This document shows, in pieces, positions 49,195-59,369 of a stretch of DNA of 64,000 nucleotides (positions are counted from its first letter, which is position 1; each line of letters starts with the position of its first letter). The DNA lies in contig CAYOFQ010000001.1 of assembly GCA_964403585.1 (NCBI GenBank), positions 268,456 through 332,455 of the forward strand, written 5' to 3'. A program made the translations under genes and the position numbers. Source of the DNA: an uncultured Gammaproteobacteria bacterium (GTDB lineage Bacteria > Patescibacteriota > Microgenomatia > JALYQM01). The notes under the pieces are model-generated. The model was not told where the DNA came from, ran no database searches, and was given only the letters and a program-made list of their open reading frames with translations.

Positions 49195-52100
49195 ATGAAA
49201 TTACTCCGTTTATCAGGTAAAAAAAGAAGATTCCGGATTCTTGCTGCAGTCCTGTGTCTTGCGCTTATTGCGGGAATAAGCTGGACGTTGTTTCATCCTG
49301 CGGGTACTGATGCCGCCTGGTACGACGACAGTTATTCGTTCCGAATTAAGGAAACGATCGGAAATACCGGAGCAGCGACCGGCAACCAGAAAGTTAAGTT
49401 CGATATCGATACCGCTACTTTAATAACTGCCGGTAAAATGCAGAGCGACTGTGACGATACACGTTTTACCGACATTAACGGAAAAAGTCTCAAGTATTTT
49501 TTGGACTCGGCCGGTGGCGCGTGTAACACGGCTTCCACCGATTACTATGTTTTTGTGCCAACCATCAATGCTGGGAATACGGTTATCTACGTATATTACG
49601 GAAACCCGACCGCAACTTCCGGTTCGCAATCCAGTCAGTTTTCGCAGTCCACTTTTTCACCGACTTCAGGCCCAACTGCGGCTACCGAGGAACAGGGCCG
49701 GGCTCCGGTGCTCTACTGGAAATTTGATGAAGGAAGTGGTGCAACAGCACAGGATAGTACCAAAAACAATAATGATGGCACGATCACGGGTGCTGCCAGA
49801 AAAACGGACGATCTGTGTAAGGCCGGAAAATGCCTCAGTCTCGATGGAACCGATGATGTAATATCCCGTGCTGACGATTCTGATGTTGATTTCGCAGCCG
49901 CGGATAATTTTACGATTCAAGGATGGTTTAAACACGGCGAACAGACAACCGGACAGGATATTATTACCGCCAAGCAGGATGTAGGTGCCGGAGGTAACGG
50001 TCCGACAAAAATTGACGATCCCGGCGATCCGGGGGCACAGGAAGGTTCAGGACGAAGAGTAGTTCGAACAAGCACTGGTACCTTATATTCCATCTTAAAT
50101 GACGGTGGAAGTTGTGAAGTCTGGAAATCTGCCACTGGCAGTACCTGGACTGAACAGGATAGTGCCAATAATCCCTCCTGCAATTCATTTATGAGTGTCG
50201 CAGTAGCCGTCGACAGTACAGATGTACTTCATATCACGTACTCTTCCGGAACAGATTTTAAGTATGTTACTTTCTCTACATCTACCGATACTTTTGGAGG
50301 TGCTGAGATAATCGCCTCCACCTCAGACAGCACTTATGACATGGCCATCGCAGTAGACTCAAATAATAAACCACATGTTATCTTTTCAGCAGGTGATCAG
50401 TTCGATGGATTTGCCTGTGGTGAAGATATAAATTATGGCAATAAGGTCATAGGTTCTTCATGGACAACCATTAGCCTGGATACTGCACTTACGGGAGGAC
50501 AATCGAGTTGCCATAACTTTCACGGTGCAAGTATCGCGATCAGCGAAGATAACATCCCTGAACTTACCTATATCAGTAATACAACCGGGCTGATTGCCAA
50601 AGTTGGAAACCAAAACAACCCTGCATCGTTTTCAACAAAAACGGTCGATGCAAGCGTAAGCAGCACCTCGTTAGAATCGTCAATTGTTATTGATAGTTCT
50701 GGTAATACCTGGATTGGCTATTCTGATGGAACTACTAATTACGCAACCTTAGTTAAACATAATGATGCCGATGCCTGGGCAACCTGGCAAACAGCCGTAA
50801 CAAACTCAAATGTTGGGAATGAACCCTCTGTAGCTGCCAACGGCTCAGATATTTACATTCTCTACACTGATGAAAATGCGGATATTAAATACGATCGCTA
50901 CAATGGCTCGACGTGGTTAGGAGAAACTAACCTGGCAACCGGCACCTATGAAAACGTCCAGGTCCGCTGGAGTTACTTAAACAACGCCTCGTACTCAACG
51001 TATGGCATAGACTATCTGTATAACGACTTTACTGACCTTTACTGGAATTCAATTTCCATTTCGGGCGGCGGCGGTGGTTCGGGAACAGATGGTACCGGCT
51101 ACAAAGTAGTCATGGAAGCAGATGGAGATATTACGTTCGGCATCGACGACGATGTATCAGCTTTTCCTGAAGATTTCGTCACCTCAACATCGGCCAACTA
51201 CGACGACAACAAATGGCATATGGTTACGGCAGTCAAGACAGGCACTACAAACATTAAACTCTATATCGATGGAATACTCATCGGTTCGGATGCAAGTATC
51301 TCTTCGACCGGAACGCTCGCCAATTCAGGTTCACTGTATGTCGGTTTAGACCGGGATGGAACCAGTAATGCCTTTGCCGGATTCCTTGATGAATATAAAA
51401 TTTACCGGTATGCTCGTTCCGAAGCGCAAATAAAAGCAGATTTTTCCGGTAGATCTACAGTTGCCGGTACGAGTGGTGTGTTTGGACAGGATCCAAACAC
51501 CACGTTAAGTAACGGTTTGGTGGGGTATTGGAAATTAGACGAAAATACCGGTACCAGCACCACGGATAGCAGTGGCAACGGCTTCACCGGCACCTTAACC
51601 AACAGTCCAACCTGGAGCGCCACAGGAAAATTTGGTAGTGCGGTGAGCTTTGATGGAGCGGGAACTACTAACAGTGATGTTATTAAAGTGGGCGATCAAG
51701 CAGCTCTGGAACTACAAACTTTTACCATTAGCGCCTGGATAAGTAGATCGGGAACCTGTTTTTTCAGCATTTGTCCAATCTTCGCTAAAGGTATGTCAGG
51801 GTTTACGGGTTACGCATTAGAGGTGAAGGACGTTGGCAGTGGCGTATATAAAGCAACGGTAAGTTTGAACGATACAACCCAACAAGTTTCAGGTGCAACA
51901 ACATTATCTACCGGTACTTGGTATCATCTGGCCGCTTCTGTGAACGGTAGCAAAATCAAATTATATGTGAACGGTGCCCTAGATGCAGAAGCAGACCAAA
52001 CAGCTACTCCGGCCTTCGGGAGTGAAGAAGCTACGATTGGCAACGGGAATAGTAACTTAGATTTAACCTTTAACGGAAAAATCGATGATGTACGAGTATA

Positions 52101-54915
52101 CAACCGGGAACTGAACGCAACTGAAATCTCCGCGCTCTATGATTGGGCACCCAGCCCGGTATTGTATCTGCCACTCGACGAAAAAACTGGCACCTCTACT
52201 GTAACTGACATATCCGGTAGCGGCTATACCGCAACCATGAATAGCTTTAGCTCAGATGACTGGAGAACCGGAAAATATGGTGGAGCGCTTAATTTTGATG
52301 CGACCAACAATTACATCTCAGTTGCCGACAACACGGTATTGGACATGCCTAATAATGCAGTAACGCTGGAAGCCTGGATAAAACCACATGGCTTAACCGG
52401 TTTAGATAATGGAATAATAATCAAGCCCGGGCAGTATGAACTTCGTTTTAATAGTGCGGGTAAGCCTGCAGCGAAAGTTTTAGGTGGTACTTCGTGTGGT
52501 GGTGGAGGTGCGACAGGTGTCACTGCTACCACCGCATCGACCCTGGATACCTGGTATCACGTTGCCTGGACGTATGATGGGAGCACTAACAAACTATATA
52601 TCAACGGAGCCCTTGATACGAGTTCTTCGGAAACCTGTACAATTCCAAATACAACCAATGCGCTGGAAATCGGCAGACAGTCGAACTATTTCAACGGTTC
52701 ATTTGATGAAATTAAAGTATACAACTACGTGCGTACCGCAAAACAAATAGTGGCGGATATGAACGGCGGCCACCCGAATGTCGGTTCACCGGTTGGTTCA
52801 GCTTTAGGGTATTGGAAATTCGACGAAGGGACCGGCACAACGGTAAATAACAGTGGCAGCGCTGGCTCAACATTGAATTTAACGTTTGGAGCCTCAACTG
52901 CCACGCCCAGCTGGTCAAACAGTGGAAAATTCAACAAAGCAGTGAACTACGATGGTACGAATGATCACACATATATTACTGACAACGCCATGCTGGAACC
53001 GGGAACCAACGATTTTTCTGTTTCCGGTTGGTTCAAACTCAATCAACTACCCAGCACCTTAGCACATGATGCGAAAGTAGTCTTTAAAGCCCACAACTCT
53101 GACCCATGGGAAGGTTACGAAGTATATATAGATACAGACGATAAAGCCAAATTTACTTTCGCTTCAGCAGCCAGTACCTGGCATACTGCCAGTGATACGC
53201 AAACAGTGAGCCTTAATACCTGGTATCATTTTGCCGCAACCAAAGTGGGAACACTTACTAAGTTATACATTAATGGCAAATTAGTAGGTTCGAATACTGC
53301 TTCATCCTCTAACGTTTTCAACTCAGATGCTTCATTTCTGGTCGGCGCCGCAGGGTCTGAAGCACTGGATGGACTTATTGATGAAGTACGATATTACAAT
53401 TTTGCTTTAAATGATACAGAAGTAACATCAGACTATAATCAGGGGAAGGCTGCCGTTTTAGGCGCTACATCAACCGCTTCCGATGGTGTAACGGTAAGTA
53501 ATGCCGCAGATCGGAGTTATTGTATTCCGGGGGACACCTCTGCTTGCTCCGCCCCGGTCGGTGAGTGGAATTTTGACGAGGGAAGTGGAACCTCGGCATT
53601 TGACACAAGTGGAAACAATAACACCGGAACGCTAACTAATTCCCCAACTAGAGTACGAGGTAAAATAGGCAAAGCACTTGATTTAGCACAATCCGGCAGT
53701 AAATACGTATTAATCCCGGATAATAATGCCATAGACAATAGTGGTGCCATGAGTATCGAAGCCTGGATCAAGCCTACCTCTACAGACTTTGATGGAACGT
53801 TTGCCGACTATGTTGCAAAAAGTGACGGGACAGGGGGAAGTGTGGCTTACGCAGCGTCAGTACTCAGCAGCAGTGTATTATCTTTCTATTGGGCGGCAGC
53901 TAATAATTTTGAGGAATACCGCACTTCCGGAACTACCTTCCTTACCGCCGGACAATGGGCCCATGTTGTCCTTACCCGTAACTCGGCACTCAATTCGGCG
54001 ACAGCTTACATAAATGGCATTAAATATACCATGACCTTAAATGGTGCTACCGATACAGCACCGGGTGGACAAACAGATGATCTTGCTATTGGGAGAACAG
54101 GTAATGCCAACCGGCAATATTTTGACGGTGAAATAGATCAGGTTAAAATCTACGATTATGAGCGATCACAAGCACAAGTAGCCTGGAGCTACAACCGTGG
54201 CGGGCCGCTCGCGTGGTGGAAATTCGATGAATGTAGCGGCACCACAGCCAACGACTCTTCGGGAAACACACTAAATGGAACTATCACCATCGCAACCGGA
54301 ACACAAACATCCACCGGAACATGCAATTCGGGTACCGGATCAGAAGCATGGTCCAACGGAACAACAGGTAAATATAATTCCGCGTTAAGTATAGATGGTA
54401 ATGGAGACTATGTCACTGTTTCAGATAACGCTAAACTGGACATCACCGGCGATTTCACACTCAGTGCCTGGGTCAACCGCAGCTCAAATGGAAGTACCTA
54501 CCTCATATCAAAAACAAACGAAAGTACGACCGGAGGGTACGCATTGTTAGCCGGAAACGGTGGCGAAGTCTATTGCCGTACCAATAACGGAACCTCAAAT
54601 ACGGATTCAACTTCAGTGACTGGGCTGGTTTCATCAGGTACGGGATGGCACCACGTTGTTGCAGTACGCAGTGGCACTTCCTGTAAAGTGTATGTCGACG
54701 GAAATGATCGAACCAGCAGTACAAACACCCACACCACACTCACAGCCAATGCCCTGGACTTAAAAATTGGCGCGCGACCGGATAATACTCAAATGCTGAC
54801 GGGTTTGATCGATGACGCCCGTGTCTATAATTATGCCCTCACTGCAATACAAATAAAAACGTTATATAACGAAAACTTCACCACACGTTTCGGTCCTTTA
54901 ACCGGATCACCATAA
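49195..54915 (+). CDS. large (~1907 aa) paralogous LamG_3-repeat secreted protein with an inserted beta-propeller-like (Asp-box-like) region
   Basis: The first ~175 aa are nearly identical to the 44098 protein (AAWYDDSY.(Y/F)R.K(Q/E)TIGNT...KMQSDCDDTRFTDINGK...). Multiple LamG_3 motifs. The final domain (AWWKFDECSGTTANDSSGN...) is homologous to the final domain of the paralog. aa ~300-650 carry repeated strand motifs (SATGSTWT, LHITYSSG, AIAVDSNNKPHVIFS, SIAISEDNIPELTYIS, SIVIDSSGNTWIGYSDG, SDIYILYTDE) suggesting a beta-propeller. Start chosen at ATG 49195 by homology. The track start at 49132 is a TTG. Confidence 0.8.
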   Translation: MKLLRLSGKKRRFRILAAVLCLALIAGISWTLFHPAGTDAAWYDDSYSFRIKETIGNTGAATGNQKVKFDIDTATLITAGKMQSDCDDTRFTDINGKSLKYFLDSAGGACNTASTDYYVFVPTINAGNTVIYVYYGNPTATSGSQSSQFSQSTFSPTSGPTAATEEQGRAPVLYWKFDEGSGATAQDSTKNNNDGTITGAARKTDDLCKAGKCLSLDGTDDVISRADDSDVDFAAADNFTIQGWFKHGEQTTGQDIITAKQDVGAGGNGPTKIDDPGDPGAQEGSGRRVVRTSTGTLYSILNDGGSCEVWKSATGSTWTEQDSANNPSCNSFMSVAVAVDSTDVLHITYSSGTDFKYVTFSTSTDTFGGAEIIASTSDSTYDMAIAVDSNNKPHVIFSAGDQFDGFACGEDINYGNKVIGSSWTTISLDTALTGGQSSCHNFHGASIAISEDNIPELTYISNTTGLIAKVGNQNNPASFSTKTVDASVSSTSLESSIVIDSSGNTWIGYSDGTTNYATLVKHNDADAWATWQTAVTNSNVGNEPSVAANGSDIYILYTDENADIKYDRYNGSTWLGETNLATGTYENVQVRWSYLNNASYSTYGIDYLYNDFTDLYWNSISISGGGGGSGTDGTGYKVVMEADGDITFGIDDDVSAFPEDFVTSTSANYDDNKWHMVTAVKTGTTNIKLYIDGILIGSDASISSTGTLANSGSLYVGLDRDGTSNAFAGFLDEYKIYRYARSEAQIKADFSGRSTVAGTSGVFGQDPNTTLSNGLVGYWKLDENTGTSTTDSSGNGFTGTLTNSPTWSATGKFGSAVSFDGAGTTNSDVIKVGDQAALELQTFTISAWISRSGTCFFSICPIFAKGMSGFTGYALEVKDVGSGVYKATVSLNDTTQQVSGATTLSTGTWYHLAASVNGSKIKLYVNGALDAEADQTATPAFGSEEATIGNGNSNLDLTFNGKIDDVRVYNRELNATEISALYDWAPSPVLYLPLDEKTGTSTVTDISGSGYTATMNSFSSDDWRTGKYGGALNFDATNNYISVADNTVLDMPNNAVTLEAWIKPHGLTGLDNGIIIKPGQYELRFNSAGKPAAKVLGGTSCGGGGATGVTATTASTLDTWYHVAWTYDGSTNKLYINGALDTSSSETCTIPNTTNALEIGRQSNYFNGSFDEIKVYNYVRTAKQIVADMNGGHPNVGSPVGSALGYWKFDEGTGTTVNNSGSAGSTLNLTFGASTATPSWSNSGKFNKAVNYDGTNDHTYITDNAMLEPGTNDFSVSGWFKLNQLPSTLAHDAKVVFKAHNSDPWEGYEVYIDTDDKAKFTFASAASTWHTASDTQTVSLNTWYHFAATKVGTLTKLYINGKLVGSNTASSSNVFNSDASFLVGAAGSEALDGLIDEVRYYNFALNDTEVTSDYNQGKAAVLGATSTASDGVTVSNAADRSYCIPGDTSACSAPVGEWNFDEGSGTSAFDTSGNNNTGTLTNSPTRVRGKIGKALDLAQSGSKYVLIPDNNAIDNSGAMSIEAWIKPTSTDFDGTFADYVAKSDGTGGSVAYAASVLSSSVLSFYWAAANNFEEYRTSGTTFLTAGQWAHVVLTRNSALNSATAYINGIKYTMTLNGATDTAPGGQTDDLAIGRTGNANRQYFDGEIDQVKIYDYERSQAQVAWSYNRGGPLAWWKFDECSGTTANDSSGNTLNGTITIATGTQTSTGTCNSGTGSEAWSNGTTGKYNSALSIDGNGDYVTVSDNAKLDITGDFTLSAWVNRSSNGSTYLISKTNESTTGGYALLAGNGGEVYCRTNNGTSNTDSTSVTGLVSSGTGWHHVVAVRSGTSCKVYVDGNDRTSSTNTHTTLTANALDLKIGARPDNTQMLTGLIDDARVYNYALTAIQIKTLYNENFTTRFGPLTGSP

Positions 54916-54933
54916 CCGGTAGAATAACTATAC

Positions 54934-56439
54934 ATGAAATCAAAAATTATCCTTGGGGTGCTATTTCTCTTTGCACTTATCAGTCTTTTTCTATATATTT
55001 TCTATCGCCAATACGCGTTCCCTGAGCACTCCATCCAGTTTTCTATTAACGAACATGAGGCTCAGGCTAAAGCCGAAATCCTCGCCAGTCAACTGGAATT
55101 TGGTATTCCTAACTACCGCAAAGTTACGCTTTTTGAAATAGACGATACCGCTAAGAGTTATTTGGAGCGCGAGCTGGGCCCCAAAGAAACCGGTGAACTG
55201 GCTCGTTCACAGGTGAACTTATGGTATTTCACCACCAGACTATTCCAAACGCAGCAGCAGGAAGAACTCTATGTCTCATATGCCCCTGACGGCAGATTGG
55301 TATATTTCTCGCACGAACTGGACGAAAATTTAAAAGGAGCGGCACTCTCCAAAGAGCAGGCCAGACAAGTAGCACGTCGGTTTTTAAGCTCCAACTGTTC
55401 ACTGTGCCAAAGAACAAATTTTCCCGATGGTTGGGATGAAGTACAGTACTCCGGGACTTCACGCAAAAACAGGCTCGACCATTCGTTTGTTTTTGAACGC
55501 CAGAATTATGCACTCAAGGAGGCCAGACAGCGGGTGAGTGTCGAACTGGCCGGAGATAAGGTAATCGGTTTTAATGAGTACCTCAAAGTTCCCCGGCAGT
55601 GGATATCCGAATTCCGAAAAGAGAAATCATACAATGATGTCGCTCAACTTGTGGCCGAACTGATCAGCACATTTTGTATCACACTTCCGCTGATCGTAAT
55701 TTTCTTCAAAAAGTTTAAGGGGCGAAAGTTACTTTTTCGTGTTCCATATATTGCTGCTATTGTTCTGAGTGCGATCAGTCTCTCCGAAATAGTGAATAGC
55801 TTTTTCCAGTATTATTTCAACTATCCCACTACCCAGAGTCCTGTTACCATCCTGGTTTTAATAGTCTTTGGGCTCGCCCTAACCTGGATGTTTACCTTCA
55901 TAACCAACCAGGCCACCCTGGCGGTAGCCGAAGGCTTGTTCCGGGAAGTTTTTCCAAAAGAAAAGCACATCATGTTTACCGTAAAAAACATGTTGCAACT
56001 CCCGTCCGTTACAAAAGGAATCTTTGTGGGAGCGTGTGTGGGAATTATTTTCTTCCTCTATGAATTACTTTATTACTTCTTGGGACGACAAATCGGGTTC
56101 TGGGTCCCGGCAGAAATTAACTATAGTGACGCGTTTAATTCGATTGCCCCATGGTTGTACCCACTGACTATCGGGTTACTGCCGGCAGTGACCGAAGAAG
56201 TCACCTATCGTTTATTCGGCATCTCCCTGTATACAAAATTTATCTCCCATTGGTTAAAAAATCCAAAACATGCGATTATTTTGGCTTCGGTCTTATCTTC
56301 ATTCACTTGGTCATTTCTGCACAGCGCCTATCCTCAAATGCCGTTCTTTGTGCGTGGAATTGAATTGGGCGTGGTTGGGTTTGCCTTCAGTTGGCTTTTT
56401 TTACGGTATGGAATTTTATCTTCTATTGCCGCTCTTTAA
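54934..56439 (+). CDS. membrane protein: N-terminal signal anchor + extracytoplasmic domain + polytopic C-terminal domain with CPBP (CAAX protease/Abi)-like motifs
   Basis: C-terminal TM region has TEEVTYRLFG (EExxxR motif 1) and, about 25 aa later, SFTWSFLHSAY (F/WxxxH-like motif 2). No clear motif 3. N-terminal TM is IILGVLFLFALISLFLYIF. Confidence 0.4.
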   Translation: MKSKIILGVLFLFALISLFLYIFYRQYAFPEHSIQFSINEHEAQAKAEILASQLEFGIPNYRKVTLFEIDDTAKSYLERELGPKETGELARSQVNLWYFTTRLFQTQQQEELYVSYAPDGRLVYFSHELDENLKGAALSKEQARQVARRFLSSNCSLCQRTNFPDGWDEVQYSGTSRKNRLDHSFVFERQNYALKEARQRVSVELAGDKVIGFNEYLKVPRQWISEFRKEKSYNDVAQLVAELISTFCITLPLIVIFFKKFKGRKLLFRVPYIAAIVLSAISLSEIVNSFFQYYFNYPTTQSPVTILVLIVFGLALTWMFTFITNQATLAVAEGLFREVFPKEKHIMFTVKNMLQLPSVTKGIFVGACVGIIFFLYELLYYFLGRQIGFWVPAEINYSDAFNSIAPWLYPLTIGLLPAVTEEVTYRLFGISLYTKFISHWLKNPKHAIILASVLSSFTWSFLHSAYPQMPFFVRGIELGVVGFAFSWLFLRYGILSSIAAL

Positions 56440-56449
56440 TGCCTTACAG

Positions 56450-58288
56450 ATGGCCATATTTTTTCTTGATTCCAAGAATACGTATGCTGCTTCATCCGCA
56501 ATAATAGTGGCGCTGATGCCGTTTTGGATCGTAGTTGTGAGCTTGGTAGTACAGAAGATTTTCAAAAAGCAAATCGTGGAGGATACTGTTCCGACAAATG
56601 AAAACAGCGATCCGGTTATAACCCCCGTTACAGTGGTTGAAAAAAGCGAAGTAACTATCGTATCCCGGCCTCCGGCAGCACCATTGAGTACAAAAACAAA
56701 AGTAATAATTATTTTGTTGGCACTACTTTCGCTCGGGTTGCTTGATGTATATAAAAGTGCTTCTCCCGCTAGCCAATCAAGCCAGGAGGACGAGATATCG
56801 TTTGTAAATCGGTCAATAGCGGTAAATAAAGCGGGCACCTACTTAACGCAGCAGGGGATTGAAACTGCTGAATATAGGCATGTCGCGACAGTAGAGTCGA
56901 TGGGTAGCGATAGTACTGCTCAGAAATATGTTCGCAAAAAAACAGATCCTTCCACCGCAGACTATTTTTTGCAAAAAAATAAAGAACCGGATCAAATATG
57001 GAAAGTGAGGTTTTTCAAACCGCAAACACAAGAAGAATACTCGGTTACACTATTCCCAGACGGTAAAGTATATACCTTCAGTCATATACTCGACGAAAAG
57101 GCCGCCGGATCCCGCTTGTCTCCTTCCGAAGCTGAGCAAAAGGCCAAAGCGTATCTTGGCGAAAACACACACGATGCCCGTTCATTTATTCTGATTCATT
57201 CGGAGAATTTAAAGCGGGACAATCGTAATGATTACCGGTTTACCTTTGAAGATACTGAGAAAGTTGCCGATGCCTCCAGGCGCATCGTAATTGACGTTAT
57301 CGATGGCCAACCGCAGAACCTGCAAAACTATATCAAAGTTCCTGAACAGTATCAGCGGAGTACGGAGGAAATCTCTACCAGGCAATTGATCTTAATAATC
57401 GGCAGTTCCATACTTGGCTTAATCATATTTTTACTACTCTCCAATACACTCTACCGACTGTATAAAGAAGGCGGATTACGGAACTCGACAGGTAAAATAA
57501 TTGCCGGAGCTGTCACTACCTTTGCCATTATTTCCCGAATCAACCACTTTCCGGTATTTTTTGCCGGGTATGATACAGACCTGCCTATTTGGGTATACAC
57601 AACCTTTCAGCTGATCGAAAGTCTAACCACCATCGCGGTAACCTTCATTTTCTCTGTAATAAGTATTAATTCCGGAATTGCCCTGTACACAAAATATATC
57701 GGGCCGCTGCTGCCTGCGGAAATTCCGCTGCAAAAAAGACTCTATTCCAATGCGCTGTTCCTGGTTATAGCACTTAATATGATGGGGGTTTGTATTTTAT
57801 TTGCATCAGTCGAATTGTCGGAAAGACTTTTTCCTCACGCCGCTACGACCGCCAGCGAACAGTATATAAGCACACCGGACGGCATTGAAACATATCTACC
57901 GGTCCTTGAGGGACTTAAAAATACTACCCGCCCGATAATCGCAGTATTCATATTCGTGCTCTGTATCGGATCACTCCGACTGCAATTGAGGTCCTGGAAG
58001 CGGGTAGGTGCTCTGTTTGCAGGTATCGTCATTGGGACACTCTTGTTGAGTGACTGGACAACCCAGGATCTGCTTTCAAGGTTAATTGCGCTGGGGCCGG
58101 TAGTGCTCTATTCGTACCTCGCATGGCGATATATTGTCCGGAATAATATATTTTTCTATCTCCTGACTGTTTATTTTATCCTCGTAGGACTGCAAGCGGT
58201 GTCGTATCTAACAGAGAGTGACAATTTCTTGCGACTCGTTGCACCACAATCTAGTCCCGCGTCGCAGGATGACCTGCCATCCACGTAG
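56450..58288 (+). CDS. paralogous membrane protein (signal anchor + homologous extracytoplasmic domain + polytopic domain) lacking the EExxxR motif
   Basis: The extracytoplasmic segment EEYSVTLFPDGKVYTFSHILDEKAAGSRLSPSEAEQKAKAYL aligns with EELYVSYAPDGRLVYFSHELDENLKGAALSKEQARQVARRFL of the upstream protein. About 8 TM helices follow. Start set at the first ATG after the upstream stop (56450). The track start at 56270 overlaps the previous gene by 170 nt. Confidence 0.45.
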   Translation: MAIFFLDSKNTYAASSAIIVALMPFWIVVVSLVVQKIFKKQIVEDTVPTNENSDPVITPVTVVEKSEVTIVSRPPAAPLSTKTKVIIILLALLSLGLLDVYKSASPASQSSQEDEISFVNRSIAVNKAGTYLTQQGIETAEYRHVATVESMGSDSTAQKYVRKKTDPSTADYFLQKNKEPDQIWKVRFFKPQTQEEYSVTLFPDGKVYTFSHILDEKAAGSRLSPSEAEQKAKAYLGENTHDARSFILIHSENLKRDNRNDYRFTFEDTEKVADASRRIVIDVIDGQPQNLQNYIKVPEQYQRSTEEISTRQLILIIGSSILGLIIFLLLSNTLYRLYKEGGLRNSTGKIIAGAVTTFAIISRINHFPVFFAGYDTDLPIWVYTTFQLIESLTTIAVTFIFSVISINSGIALYTKYIGPLLPAEIPLQKRLYSNALFLVIALNMMGVCILFASVELSERLFPHAATTASEQYISTPDGIETYLPVLEGLKNTTRPIIAVFIFVLCIGSLRLQLRSWKRVGALFAGIVIGTLLLSDWTTQDLLSRLIALGPVVLYSYLAWRYIVRNNIFFYLLTVYFILVGLQAVSYLTESDNFLRLVAPQSSPASQDDLPST

Positions 58289-59312
58289 TGATCTGTTTCA
58301 AACAATCTTCAGCGTCGAGTGGTGTAGTATCCGGTGATGTAAAACGTGCCCCTGCAGCCCGGTCATGACCACCGCCAATGCCCATCGACTGTACCAGCAC
58401 CTGGACATTAATACTGTCCCGCAGCGACCGCAACGATGCTTTAACATCCCCGTCATTTTCTGCCGTCAGGACAATACTCCATCCGGTTGCACTGATCCGT
58501 GTCCCATATGTTGCGATAAAAATATTACGCGCAGAGCTAATAGTTACATCATCTACGCTATTTTTTTCAATATATTCTCGCGGCAACACTGAACAAAGAC
58601 AGGTCGGCCAGCCCTCAACAACTATAAAGGTGGTATTACGCATAAGTTCCTGCATCACGGTAAAAACCTCCTGCGAATAGGTTGAATATTTCGATTCTAA
58701 GTAGGCAATATCAATACTGCCTTCAACAACCAATCGTGAAACGATCGGAAAAGCTGATACCTGTTGTGGATTTATGAACCGGAGGTTCCCGGTGTCACCC
58801 AAAATACCAAGCAAAATAACCTCAGCTATTCGGGGTGGTATGGATTCGCGGTCACTATAAAAAAGCGTGTACAAATTCTCTGAGTTCGATGAAATCGACG
58901 GTTCAACAAAAAGGAGATCAAACTGATCAGGTGGATGCCCATGGTGATCGATTGCAATTTTTTTACACTCCATATGCTGCAGTCGTTCCGGAGCCTTGCT
59001 GAATCTGCTATATATATTTGCATCCAACCCGATAAGTAAATCGACATCGGTCATTACGTCGGCTATTTCAGTAACAAATTCAATTTTTTCAAAGTTCTCA
59101 AAATAGTTCCAGCGATCGTTCCGTTCCGATGAATATACAATTCGTATACTTTTTTCGGGATACTTCTCCTGCAGAATAAAGTAGAGCGACAGGACCGAGG
59201 AAATTGAATCATCATCAGGCCCCATATGTGATGTGATGAGGATGTTTTGGGCAGAATCAGCAAGCTCAAAAAAGTTCGTACGAAATTGTTCTATTTTAGT
59301 TTGATCTATCAT
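58251..59312 (-). CDS. nrnA: DHH-DHHA1 phosphoesterase (NrnA-like nanoRNase / pAp phosphatase)
   Basis: DHH motif IAIDHHGHPPD. DHHA1 motif GGGH in QSMGIGGGHDRAAGARF. Start placed at MIDQTKIEQF (ATG complement 59310-59312). The longer track start would overlap the divergent gene. Confidence 0.75.
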   Translation of the reverse strand: MIDQTKIEQFRTNFFELADSAQNILITSHMGPDDDSISSVLSLYFILQEKYPEKSIRIVYSSERNDRWNYFENFEKIEFVTEIADVMTDVDLLIGLDANIYSRFSKAPERLQHMECKKIAIDHHGHPPDQFDLLFVEPSISSNSENLYTLFYSDRESIPPRIAEVILLGILGDTGNLRFINPQQVSAFPIVSRLVVEGSIDIAYLESKYSTYSQEVFTVMQELMRNTTFIVVEGWPTCLCSVLPREYIEKNSVDDVTISSARNIFIATYGTRISATGWSIVLTAENDGDVKASLRSLRDSINVQVLVQSMGIGGGHDRAAGARFTSPDTTPLDAEDCLKQITTWMAGHPATRD

Positions 59313-59369
59313 AGGCGAATTATACCAGTTTTGTTGACTTTCAGACGAGTATTGGCATAATAGCCTTGT

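Noticed and set aside
44098-54915. Diversity-generating retroelement targeting the LamG paralogs
   Set aside because: No reverse transcriptase gene is present. There is no template/variable repeat pair with adenine-specific differences. The paralogs differ by general divergence.
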